DNA of 40,483 nucleotides from Macrostomum lignano (Eukaryota), in contig NIVC01003821.1 in the NCBI GenBank assembly GCA_002269645.1, positions 1 through 40,483 of the forward strand, written 5' to 3'. Each line of letters begins with the position of its first letter. Position 1 is the first letter of the stretch. Below the pieces are notes generated by a model. The model searched no databases. It was not told where the DNA came from and was given only the letters and a program-made list of their open reading frames with translations. Positions 13,601 to 26,133 of the stretch are shown here, one piece after another. The translations under genes were made by a program, and so were the position numbers.

Positions 13601-16600
13601 TTTTACTTTAAGTACTTATTACATTAATACTTATACCAAAGCTGCATGTACTTAAAATAAAAAATTATAGTTACTTATTAGACATTTTACTCCAATTAAC
13701 TTAAAATAATTCAAATTTATTTTAATTAATTCATTTTTTGAAACTTTTTGGAAAATAGACAAAATTGAATTATTTAATTACCAAAAACCTACTAGCTTAA
13801 CTAAAATAGCAATTAGTCTTTAAGAAAAGATTTCACTTGTTAATTGAGAAAAATGAGGATGTGCGAGGTGTAAAAATGCGAAAGAGCATGCAGGAAACAG
13901 AGACAAACAAAAATGTAGGTAAAAGACACTGCACATGCACATAATATGATAACCAGACATAATGCGCACACTCAAACACCAGTAGCAATGACGCCCAAGC
14001 TTTTGATGATCACAAGCGAAAAGGCAAAACCCAGCCATCAATCAAAGAAGTAGACTTTAGCACGCATCTTGAGTGCATCACGCATTTTTTGCAGAGAAGC
14101 TCGAAAATTAACATTGTATTCTGTGCACAACCACCAACTGCGACAGGGTCTGCCGGGGGATTTGTGGGCACGCGGTCGCGGATCCAAATCGGAGGAGTCG
14201 CTGACCATTCTGAAATTACAAGCTAGTACATGTAATTTTGTGTATTAATATATTTAGCCCGCTTTATTTCTATGCTCTCGTCCGCCTCTCGTTAATGCAT
14301 CCCCAGACTCATGCAATAATCAAACTTATGATCGAACTATGCATGGCTTCCGTCCCTCGCTTTGAATCTCTCACCTCCCCATAGTTCCATCAACCTTACC
14401 GTAGTGGCTTCCTATGCAAAAATCATCCCTCCGCATCTTACACAGGCTACTTCAGGCTGTAGACTGTACTACACTATTAATTAGTTGCGCTAAGGAATCT
14501 ACATGTATTTGCTCGCAGCGCAGCGCGCTGCTCAAATAAGGTTAGATCCATCTAGATATTCTAGTAATTTCAGGTTTGTCCATAGACTAGAGCTCATGAG
14601 ATGAGAATTCCATTAACTAGTACATTTAATATGAATGAACTGCGTATGTGTGTGCTGTGCATACATATGTATAATATACGAGTAGTTTATGGGCCAAATT
14701 ATTGTGTGGCACAATTCTTGGCATCACTCAGCAGGCACAAGATGCAGTTAAGCAGCGCACGAAAATTCTACAAAAGAAATTGAGCCTGGTTGAGGTGATG
14801 CGAGGAGGCAGATCCACACAATCTCAGTGAATACACCAGACTGCACCAGATATGAGTCCAGTCGAATGTGCGCACTGGTCTAAGCAGCACACGCATGTCC
14901 TCCTGACAATGACGGCACCTAGCTTCGTCCAAGCCTTGCCAGCTTCACTGACAGCGTCAATACTACCATGCAGTGCCACCTGCAGCACCGACAACGGCAA
15001 TTCCTCCAGTTAGCCCACAACAGTGGCTAAACTGAGGGACAGGGAACCTACCCGCAGAAGACACACACATACACACACAGCACCGGCAGCAGCACTCTGA
15101 CAGCATAACCTAAAGCTCCATGAGCTCAGTTTTCAAGCATTGAAGAAGCAGAAGCAGTCATCTTGAATCCAGGGATCAGGAAGAGTGTTGCATGTCCGAC
15201 ATGTGCTGTTTCCGTGGCAAAAGGTGATGGAGCAAATTAATCAACACTTACTATCTAGCTCGTATTAAGACTAAAAAACTGAGGCAAGCTGGGATTAAAC
15301 CAAGGAAAATTTTTTACTATACTTTTTTACCATATCACTTGTTAATTTGTAAATTGTAAATAATTGTAATTGTTAATTGTAAATAGTGGTTACTTTTATA
15401 GTATAGTAGAGAGGTACTCTATTTAAATGCAGTAAGAAGTGAAACAAATTTATATATTTAATTATTAAATTAAATTAATTCAAGGTAAATAACTAATTTA
15501 ACCAATTTATTAGGAGTATTTAATATTATAATAAATTGATTTTTATACCTTACACGAAATAAGCTCTACATTCATTTCTTAGCTTGGGGCCCATCTGTAT
15601 AAGGTCAGTTTCTTCAAAATGCTGATTAATTAATTAAGGCCTGTTGTCTTTACTTAAATTTATAAGGGCATCTTAGAAGTTAATATTACTATATAATACA
15701 TGTATAATATTATTACTATATTATAATAATATAGTTGCAATTTTAATGACTATTGAATAAGTCTAAATGCTTCTCCTATTGACTTTAAATATATGGTATC
15801 TTTCCCTTCAGAAAAAATTAGCATAGAATGACTTGATGAAAACAAAAAAAATCATTTCGAGATACACATTTGCTGATCATTCAGGTCAAATTTCAAGGTC
15901 CAGTTTTGCACATGTTTCTCTGTAGCTTGGTTACAAGGATTCTAATAAAAATATAATAAATATGTCCAATGAACTAACTGATACATAGCCAAATTGAAGT
16001 ATTTTCAAAAACAAAAAAATCATTTGCTCAGTTTACTTTACTGGATATCTGTGTAAAATTTCAGCTCAAAAGGTGCTCCATGGAGAATGCTAGTGTGGTT
16101 ACAGGATATTTATTTTGTGCTTCAAAGTAGGAGTTTATTGCGATGCATGGTTGCTTTTAATTATTATTATCAACAATAGTGCTCTATTTCATAACAATTT
16201 TTTACAAAAAGATAATAAGACATGTTTTTCTAATTATCTGCATCAAAATGTATCATTTTAAGCGCACATTCTAGACGTCAGCTGAAAAATACATTTTGTG
16301 AGATGAGAAGAGGCTATCCCACAGGAAATGCTAGGCGTACAGTTAAGCGTCTATAAAATAATTTATAGTGCAGTTTATTAAGCTTTTAAAAAATCTTAAA
16401 TTAAATTTATATAAGCTTTCATTTTAAATGTAATATAGCAAGGTTTCAACACAACAACAACTTTTTTTAGCTACGGACATCTTGTACTATCAAAAATTAA
16501 CATCGGTGAAATGATTGAATTTGAATTTTTTCATCGCTAATTATCGCTTAATACCGCCAGATGATTAAAAACACTTTTGCTTGATAAAGTTCAACCCAAA

Positions 16601-16699
16601 AATTATCTTTATTCACAGATAAAAGTGTCCTATTATTTTCAATATGGCAGTAACAATAGTAAATGTTCGGAAAATTGTTAAAATTTTTGCTCCTCCTAG

Positions 16700-16749
16700 A
16701 ATTTGCGAACGACCCGATAGTCGAACAGAATTCAGCCTACGACTCTACG
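16700..16749 (+). CDS. Candidate 50-nt internal exon (xFANDPIVEQNSAYDST), phase 1 to 0
   Basis: Acceptor TTTTTGCTCCTCCTAG, donor ACG|GTACAG and an open frame in a higher-GC patch. No homology recognised. Confidence 0.25.
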
Positions 16750-18697
16750 GTACAGCTGAGGCAAACTTAGCTAATCTAGTCATTTCTGTACCAGTACATG
16801 CGCAGGCGTATACATGGCCTGAACAGTTCGTAGTCATCACAGCTGATTTATATCTATTTATTTAGGTTTAATTCTTTTTTGGCTGCATTTAATATTAATT
16901 CTTTGGTAAAATGGATCGATTGTCTTTGGGTTTTGCTGGATGGCTTCAAACAGGAGGTAGGTTGAAATTTATTTGGCTGTAAAAAGTAATAATTCGTTTT
17001 TTTGAAATTGCATTAGTAATAGACGTATCTGACATTATATTTTGTTGCTGATAATATTGCTGTCATATTGCTGTTCCATTGCATTTACTGCAAGGTCTAG
17101 GTCTATGGCAATGGCATTGCTTCTAACTATCCAACCCTAGCATCCACATCCTGTCACTGACTGACAGCACAGGTAGCCGGATACAGAGGGCCAGACTGAG
17201 TCATATACACTGCCCATGAGCCATGAATTATACCAATTTCTAACCCAAAAGGGATGCCTACCCCTAGAAAAAAAGATATAATAGTGCCAAAAAGGATTTT
17301 TGTGGCTACAATGTTTCATTGTCAGTTTAAAAATTCACTTTTGACTTTTGTGTAAACCCTAGTAGTGTAATGTAATCAATTTGATCTAAATTAAAATTTG
17401 TAGCCTAATCAATTTGTTTATTTATTCTATTTATATATATAATCTTTGGATTTAAGATTGGATTTAGAACTTTTTTGAGTTCATTGACATTAATATAGTT
17501 GTAGTTGTATATGTAGTAGGTCTATATATTATTTTATTTATAAAAAACACTATGAATGAAAGGTAATGCAATATACTATTTTATTTTAATTATAGTCAAA
17601 TTTTATTATTTAGTAGGGCCTATTTCCATTTTCTATCTCCAAAATTTGGTCGGCCATGCAATTTAGTTTTAACAAAAAATGCAACATAGTTTTTGGCCAA
17701 AAATGGGACTTACATATAAAAGAAACCCTAAAGCAAAATTAATGCAACTTGGGTAAATGGCAGGAATAACTATAAGTGTCTTTTTAAGGCAAAATGCCTC
17801 ATTATCTATATAGTACTACTTTGGTGTTTATTCTGATGGGCATTTTTGCAACTTACCTTGATTGGCTGCCAAATCAGTCAGCCAAATCGGCCAACTGTAG
17901 TGTTGCGCATGTATGTTTATTATTAAGTAATTTATTATTTTTATCATGACATTTTTGTTATTATTATAAGTATTATTTTTCAGTTATTCAATTGCATAAT
18001 ACTTAAAGTCTAACTGCTTTCTTTACTTTTAGATAAATAAAAATGGATTTTTAAATGATGAAACTATTTACACTTTTCTTTAAAATTTGGAATAGACCAA
18101 TTTTTATAAGAAAAGTTAAATTAGCTAATGTTTTATAAAAGATAAAAATATTTTAAATTACAAGATATTCAATGAATATATAGTCATTATAATTTAAAAA
18201 GCATTAACAATTAAAATAGACAAAATCTAATCTAAAACTTCTCATCTCTAATCCAGTGCTGGGCAAGTTAATCAATTTTTTTAACTCATTAAAAGTTGAA
18301 AAGTTAATTTAATTGCTCCAAAAAAATTAACTGTAACTAGTTAATTATTTAACTTTTGCCCAAAATTTAACTTCTGAAAAGTTAAAAGTTAAAGTTAATA
18401 ATTCCCTAACAGAAAAAGTGACATTTTCCTGGACATGTGTTCGGTGTGTTTTTTAAATTTCAGGTCGGCGCGGCGCGGCTATGGCCAGGTCGCGGCGCCC
18501 TGGGGGAGCTTGTCAGGGAATACTCCCCTGGGAATTAGACCGGGGACCCTGGGGAGAAAAAAAGCATTTTTAACTAAATTTTTGCCATTTAAATAAGAAA
18601 ATCATTCACAGAAAGCTGATTGAAACTCTGTCTATGCTTTTTTACCACAAAACTGCTTATTTCAATGTATTATTTCAAACACAACACACGTTTGAAT

Positions 18698-18868
18698 GGG
18701 GGGGGGGGTTCATAAGACCGAAATTTCACAACGCCGAAACACCATACTTCACAAGACCGAAACTTCATAAGACCAAAATTTCACATTGTAGAAAACTTTA
18801 CAATAAGGATTGTATTGCATGTAGAATTTTCGGCGTTGTGAAATTTTGGTCTTATGAAATTAGCGACC
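18698..18868. mobile_element. Mutator-like (MULE) MITE, 171 bp
   Basis: 31-bp inverted arms at 18709-18739 and 18828-18858 are 30/31 identical. Termini are GG...CC. The 9-bp TSD is CGTTTGAAT (18689-18697) versus TGTTTGAAT (18869-18877). The arms are built of 16-bp subunits. Confidence 0.8.
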
Positions 18869-19158
18869 TGTTTGAATGTTTTTTTTTCACTATGAGTCTT
18901 TCAATCAAGCAAATTGAATGTACGAGCATAGAAACCTGTCAGGAAAAAGAAGCCTTACTGACTATTGTGTTGGTCTACGTTGACGGCTTGACACATTTGA
19001 CGCAGGCACAGCGCCATATCTTGTGTCAGTCACTGATGCATAGGGGGGTGTCATACAATAACAAAATATTCCATATTAGACAGGACAAAATGGTGATTTA
19101 CATGTATCTGCAAGAAATTAAAATTCCGATTATAAAAACAGTCTCATTCATTAATTAT

Positions 19159-19290
19159 CCTCCCACGAGTGCAGCTGCTGAGTATGCATTTTCCGCCTCC
19201 GGAGTCTGGACCCTTTCTGATAAAGGTGCGCACACGATTTGGTGATGCCATGTTGTCAAATACAGTTTTAAACAAACATTGCTTAAAATT
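19159..19290 (+). pseudogene. hAT transposase C-terminal dimerisation domain (hATC) remnant, frameshifted
   Basis: PPTSAAAEYAFSASG followed, in the +1 frame, by GPFLIKVRTRFGDAMLSN. This matches the hATC motif P.TS...ER.FS.AG....K.R.RL. Confidence 0.75.
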
Positions 19291-20370
19291 TTTACCCTTG
19301 CGCCTTGAATATGTAGTCCATCCAAAGCTTTAATCAAAGTTTAAAAAATGCCACTTAGTGACTTATAAAGATCTAAGTTATCTGCCATTTTTTACTTATT
19401 TTTCCCCGGGGTCCCCGGGGAATGACAGTAAATTCCCCAGGTCCCCAATAAGAAAATTCCCTGGGGAATCGACATCCCTATGTACAACGATAACTTCTAG
19501 TAGTCCTTGGGTAGAATATCAATAGATAATAGTTGAAGATTCCAGAATCTTCCGGAATATTCTATACATTATAACTTGTAACTGAAATATATACATGTAA
19601 TAGTTTGTGACACATTAAATAATGCTTAGAAAGGCAAAGTTTTTTATGTATGTATTAATTTTACTTTTTAATGGCATACAAGCTGTTGAAACCCGCGGAT
19701 TTTGAACCTGGGGAACTCCATTTCCTGGAATTATTAACTTTTGTCATTTAACTTTAACTTACAGAAAAAAATTAACAATTTTTGTTAACTAGTTAATACA
19801 TAAAAAATTAAACGAAAATTTAACGATTTTTAAAAAAATTTAACTAGTTAATTAACTAGTTAAACAATCAACTAGTTAACACCCAGCACTGCTCTAGTCT
19901 AATCTTAAATGAGATGATTCTTCATCCAAATATTAATTAGTTATATAGGATTTATTAAAATTGGCCCATATGAAAAGCTGTGTCTAATTAGTCAGTCAGT
20001 TACTATGAACAATAATATGTCTAAGAACATATAGTTTGTATATTCTAATATAATATGTTCTATTTAGTATATATTTTAATGTACAAATTTCTTAAGTTAG
20101 TCAATTTCTTGAATTGCATTTTTAGAAATGGAAGCTGTTCTGGAGCAAACATTATGTGTCAATTGTTTACCAATCACACCTGCATGGACACCAAAATTTT
20201 GCATTGTTCTAGTCAAGTTTCGTCTATTTTTTTGCTTTCGCACTGAAGAGGTAAGATGTTGTACTATTTGTTTCTTTTGTTCTGCTGAAAGTTATTCTTA
20301 GTCTCTTGAATACTCTTCTTTTCATCAATATCTTTTCTTACTCAGAAGTTTACTTATTTAATCACCTATT

Positions 20371-21392
20371 AACTCATTGAACTCATTGACTCACTCACCG
20401 AACTCATTGACTCACTCACCGAACTCATTGACTCACTCACTGAACTCATTGATTCACTCACTGAACTCATTGATTCACTCACCGAACTCATTGACTCACT
20501 CACCAAACTTATTGACTCACCCACTGAACTCATTGTCTCACTGACTGAACTCATTGACTCACTCACTGAACTCATTGACTCACTCACTGAACTCATTGAC
20601 TCACTCACCGAACTCATTGACTCACTCACCGAACTCATTGACTCACTCACTGAACTCATTGATTCACTCACTGAACTCATTGATTCACTCACCGAACTCA
20701 TTGACTCACTCACCAAACTTATTGACTCACCCACTGAACTCATTGTCTCACTGACTGAACTCATTGACTCACTCACTGAACTCATTGACTCACTCACTGA
20801 ACTCATTGACTCACTCACTGAACTCATTGATTCACTCACTGAACTCATTGATTCACTCAGCGAACTCATTGACTCACTCACCAAACTTACTGACTCACTC
20901 ACCGAACTCATTGACTCACTCACCAAACTTACTGACTCACTCACCGAACTCATTGACTCACTCACCGAACTCATTGACTCACTCACCAAACTTATACTGA
21001 CTCACTCACCGAACTCATTGACTCACTCACCAAACTTATTGACTCACTCACTGAACTCATTGACTCACTCACCAAACTTATTGACTCACTCACTGAACTC
21101 ATTGACTCACTCACTGAACTTATTGACTCACTCACCGAACTCATTGACTCACTCACCAAACTTACTGACTCACTCACCGAACTCATTGACTCACTCACCA
21201 AACTTATTGACTCACTCACTGAACTCATTGACTCACTCACCAAACTTATTGACTCACTCACCGAACTCATTGACTCACTCACCAAACTTATTGACTCACT
21301 CACCGAACTCATTGGCTCACTCACCAAACTTACTGACTCACTCACCGAACTCATTGACTCACTCACTGAACTCATTGATTCACTCACTAAAC
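20371..21392 (+). repeat. 21-bp minisatellite (ACTCACTCACYGAACTCATTG)n, about 48 units
   Basis: Direct reading, with a variant AAACTTAYTG unit and a 2-nt insertion near 20995. Confidence 0.96.
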
Positions 21393-21983
21393 TCGCATAT
21401 GAGCTCATGAACATGATCTGATACTCGTAATGACTTAACATAAACATAATTGATTGAGTGATAATTATTGAACATAAGCGCATGGACTCAGTCTTTATAT
21501 GGAAAATACATTCTTACTTTCCTCTCTCGAACCACTTATGCATTCATTATTGTTACAATGTCATTATTATTGTGTCGCTGATATTCAATGTGAGAACTTC
21601 GCGCCTTGTAGCACTGCTCTGTCCTATCGTACAGCAGTAATCTTATTACGAGTATAAGTGTTGTCCTGAATTTTTTACTCAGTATGTATTCAGTAGTGAG
21701 TCCTGCAAGCCTGCATCTGCCAGCACCTGCTGTCCAACTACTCCTAAGCAAGCCTTGTCAGTCGTGCCTAATTAATAATTAATTAGCCTCTCATAGTGCT
21801 CACATCTAACAGCACACTCATAGCAATGCAGTAATGCTTCTCTCTATGCTCAGATAAGCTTGATAAATTATACCCGACTCTAGTGGGCAGCAAAATTTTA
21901 ATCTGGGCATCACTCAGCTAGCTTTAAGTCGTAAAAGAGATGATGCGATTGGGACAGATGCTGAGACAGGCAAATACTAAAAC

Positions 21984-22198
21984 CGACAGACGGGCAATCA
22001 GACAGGCAGACAGACAAACAGACAGACACGAAGACAGACAGACAGACAGACAGACACAGAAACTAAGACAGACAGACAGAAACTAAGACAGACAGACAGA
22101 AACTAAGACAGACAGATAGACACTAAGACAGACAGACAGACAGACAGACCGACAGACGGACACATAGACAAACACTAAGACATACATACAAATAGACT

Positions 22199-22269
<71 letters not shown>

Positions 22270-22272
22270 CTA

Positions 22273-22324
<52 letters not shown>

Positions 22325-22460
22325 CGACCGACAGACGGACACAGACAAACACTAAGACATACATACAAACAGACTACAGACAGACAGACAAACACTAAGG
22401 CAGACAGACAGACACTGAGACAGAAAATAAGACATACAAGACAGACAGACAGACTGACAG
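21984..22460 (+). repeat. Interrupted (GACA)n microsatellite
   Basis: GACA tandem with CACTAA, AACTAA, CACGAA and CATA interruptions. Confidence 0.95.
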
Positions 22461-22954
22461 AATGTATTTGTGTCGTCTGTCTTAGTGCAGCTAGACAGAC
22501 AAGCAGATTGGCCAGCAGGCAGCATTGACAGAGTGGTCCTTTCTTTAAAGCTGGTGCCAAAAAGTCGCTATCTATCCATACACGCCGGTAAAAATTCCTA
22601 GTTGAACAAGTCCATGCAAGGAAATTCTTTCAATTTATCATCGTAATTATCATGATCCATATCGGCAGCTTCCCATGCAAAAGACTACCATTCTGTCGTT
22701 GTCCCCATTAACCTAGCGCGGGGCTGCCAATTTCCGGCAGCCAGATGCGGATACATCCAGGTGATGTCCTGCCGGTTCCAACTTTAGCTTAATGTATATG
22801 TATGCAATATTGCAGCTTAACATTGCTGAATTGGGGAGCTCTCCCCAAAACTAGACCCGAACTTCACCAAGTGTTGGGCATCGTTAATGAAGGTCTTAAC
22901 CTTCGTTAACGGCAAAAACATATTAAAAATGAAAATATTATTTTAGATGATGTC

Positions 22955-24889
22955 GAGTTTAGATTCTGTGAAGTTTAGGTCTTGTGAAGTTTAGGTCTTG
23001 TGAAGTTTAGGTCTTGTGAATTTTAGATCTTGTGAAGTTTAGCTCTTGTGAAGTTTAGATCTCGTGAAGTTTAGGTCTTATGAATGTTAGGTCTTGTGAA
23101 GGTTAGATCTTGTGAAGTTTAGGTCTTGTGAATTTTAGATCTTGTGAAGTTTAGCTCTTGTGAAGTTTAGATCTCGTGAAGTTTAGGTCTTATAAAGGTT
23201 AGGTCTTGTGAAGGTTAGGTCTTGTGAAGTTTAGGTCTTGTGAATTTTAGATCTTGTGAAGTTTAGCTCTTGTGAAGTTTAGCTCTTGTGAATTTTAGGT
23301 CTTGTGAATTTTAGATCTTGTGAAGTTTAGCTCTTGTGAAGTTTAGATCTCGTGAAGTTTAGGTCTTATGAAGATTAGGTCTTGTGAAGGTTAGGTCTTG
23401 TGAAGGTTAGGTCTTGTGAAGGTTAGGTCTTGTGAAGTTTAGGTCTTGTGAATTTTAGATCTTGTGAAGTTTAGCTCTTGTGAAGTTTAGGTCTTGTGAA
23501 TTTTAGATCTTGTGAAGTTTAGCTCTTGTGAAGTTTAGATCTCGTGAAGTTTAGGTCTTATGAAGGTTAGGTCTTGTGAAGGTTAGGTCTTGTGAAGTTT
23601 AGGTCTTGTGAATTTTAGATCTTGTGAAGTTTAGCTCTTGTGAAGTTTAGCTCTTGTGAATTTTAGGTCTTGTGAATTTTAGATCTTGTGAAGTTTAGCT
23701 CTTGTGAAGTTTAGATCTCGTGAAGTTTAGGTCTTATGAAGATTAGGTCTTGTGAAGGTTAGGTCTTGTGAAGGTTAGGTCTTGTGAAGTTTAGGTCTTG
23801 TGAATTTTAGATCTTGTGAAGTTTAGCTCTTGTGAAGTTTAGGTCTTGTGAATTTTAGATCTTGTGAAGTTTAGCTCTTGTGAAGTTTAGATCTCGTGAA
23901 GTTTAGGTCTTATGAAGGTTAGGTCTTGTGAAGGTTAGGTCTTGTGAAGTTTAGGTCTTGTGAATTTTAGATCTTGTGAAGTTTAGCTCTTGTGAAGTTT
24001 AGGTCTTGTGAATTTTAGATCTTGTGAAGTTTAGCTCTTGTGAAGTTTAGATCTCGTGAAGTTTAGGTCTTATGAAGGTTAGGTCTTGTGAAGGTTAGGT
24101 CTTGTGAAGTTTAGGTTTTGTGAATTTTAGATCTTGTGAAGTTTAGCTCTTGTGAAGTTTAGCTCTTGTGAATTTTAGGTCTTGTGAATTTTAGATCTTG
24201 TGAAGTTTAGCTCTTGTGAAGTTTAGATCTCGTGAAGTTTAGGTCTTATGAAGATTAGGTCTTGTGAAGGTTAGGTCTTGTGAAGGTTAGGTCTTGTGAA
24301 GGTTAGGTCTTGTGAAGTTTAGGTCTTGTGAATTTTAGATCTTGTGAAGTTTAGCTCTTGTGAAGTTTAGGTCTTGTGAATTTTAGATCTTGTGAAGTTT
24401 AGCTCTTGTGAAGTTTAGATCTCGTGAAGTTTAGGTCTTATGAAGATTAGGTCTTGTGAAGGTTAGGTCTTGTGAAGGTTAGGTCTTGTGAAGTTTAGGT
24501 CTTGTGAATTTTAGATCTTGTGAAGTTTAGCTCTTGTGAAGTTTAGCTCTTGTGAATTTTAGGTCTTGTGAATTTTAGATTTTGTGAAGTTTAGCTCTTG
24601 TGAAGTTTAGATCTCGTGAAGTTTAGGTCTTGTGAAGGTTAGGTCTTGTGAAGTTTAGGTCTTGTGAATTTTAGATCTTGTGAAGTTTAGCTCTTGTGAA
24701 GTTTAGGTCTTGTGAATTTTAGATCTTGTGAAGTTTAGCTCTTGTGAAGTTTAGATCTCGTGAAGTTTAGGTCTTATGAAGGTTAGGTCTTGTGAAGGTT
24801 AGGTCTTGTGAAGGTTAGGTCTTGTGAAGGTTAGGTCTTGTGAAGGTTAGGTCTTGTGAAGTTTAGGTCTTGTGAAGTGAAAGCGCCCC
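22955..24889 (+). repeat. 16-bp satellite (TTGTGAAGTTTAGGTC)n, about 120 units, with higher-order structure; ends in a transposon-like terminus GTGAAAGCGCCCC
   Basis: Direct reading. About seven monomer variants recur in an ordered way. Confidence 0.97.
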
Positions 24890-25689
24890 ACTATAGTGAC
24901 TCCCCCAGACCCTAACTGCCGTGTCTTGATGACTTGCTATGCTTAACCTCTCCTGCCTTTACTTCTCCTCGTGGCCCTGTCCCTTTTTATCCCTTTTAGC
25001 TAGCTAGTTCCGACCGAGTTCAATATAGGCCGCGGCTTTAGACTGCAGCTAGGAGAGAGCTTTCAACTGCGCACTTTCTTCCTCTTTATTCTAAAGTGTC
25101 TGCTGCAGCCTTTCCAGGAATCGCATTACTGCGCAAGCATATGGTTCGTTTGTTCTAATGCCTGCAGATTAGTATTCTAAAAGGAAGCGTGTACCTAAAT
25201 GGGTTAATTTATTAGTCAGGTTTCATATTCATGTATATTCCATCAAATATACCCCAATCTGTTTATTAAACTCCGCTACGACGATGAACTCATTTAACCT
25301 CCGTAGCTATTCATGCTCAGATGTTTCTGTTCACTCTATTGTTAGCTCAGCAGCAGTTTAAGAGCTGTGTGTTACGGGCGCCGCAGCTCCGGTTTGTTTA
25401 GGCTCTCAGGCCTGAGATTCCGGCTGTCTGCTTTACTAATCCCGTGCAGGGACAGACTCTTGCGTCACGATCGATGCTATCTGATTGGATTGGATATATG
25501 CCTGTCTGTCTGGCCTTCCTTCTCCGCAACATTGAGCTCTGCGGTCTCCCGCTCTACTGCGCTTTTCATGCCCAGGAACTCTCTGAGCTGTGCCTGTCTT
25601 CTGTGTTACATGTTCATCTGGCGCTGGCTGGCAGACCTATCCGATTTTGTGTCTTTCTTTCTCCCCTTTCATTCTAGGCCATCTGCCAG

Positions 25690-25745
25690 CCTGTCTGTGT
25701 GTGTGTGTCTGGGTCTGTATGTTTCTTCTATTTGTCTGTCTGTCC

Positions 25746-25841
<96 letters not shown>

Positions 25842-25876
25842 GTCTGTCTGTCTATCTGTCTGTCTGTCTGTCTTAG

Positions 25877-25923
<47 letters not shown>

Positions 25924-25937
25924 GTGTCTGTCTGTCC

Positions 25938-25981
<44 letters not shown>

Positions 25982-26000
25982 GTCTGTCTGTCTGTCTTAG

Positions 26001-26031
<31 letters not shown>

Positions 26032-26032
26032 G

Positions 26033-26071
<39 letters not shown>

Positions 26072-26089
26072 GTGTCTGTCTGTCTGTCC

Positions 26090-26133
<44 letters not shown>

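Larger units (their letters stand above)
18514..19480 (+). mobile_element. Decayed Ac-like hAT element nested inside the outer hAT
   Basis: The right end reads TAGGGATGTCGATTCCCC on the minus strand, an Ac-type (C/T)AGGGATG terminus. The left end CAGGGAATACTCCCC is degenerate. Inverted subterminal CCGGGGACCCYGGGGA motifs occur on both sides and an hATC remnant lies inside. No TSD was found. Confidence 0.6.
18254..19891. mobile_element. Non-autonomous hAT-superfamily DNA transposon (outer element of the nest)
   Basis: Perfect 10-bp TIR CAGTGCTGGG (18254) / CCCAGCACTG (ends 19891). The 8-bp TSD is CTCTAATC (18246-18253) versus CTCTAGTC (19892-19899), 7/8 identical. Both subterminal regions are rich in TTAAC/ACTAGTTA motifs. 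Confidence 0.85.

Noticed and set aside
13820-15230. Moderately GC-rich patches as exons or a transposase fragment
   Set aside because: Every frame I translated is interrupted by stops within about 60 codons, and no motif was recognised. UTR or non-coding exons cannot be excluded.
18634-19158. 203-aa ORF as an intact gene
   Set aside because: It runs through the MITE and decayed transposon sequence. Only the final PPTS...FSASG part is meaningful.
20369-21483. (SESMSSV)n as a serine-rich adhesin-like protein
   Set aside because: It is a 21-bp satellite translation, split by a 2-nt frameshift near 20995, with no signal peptide or anchor.
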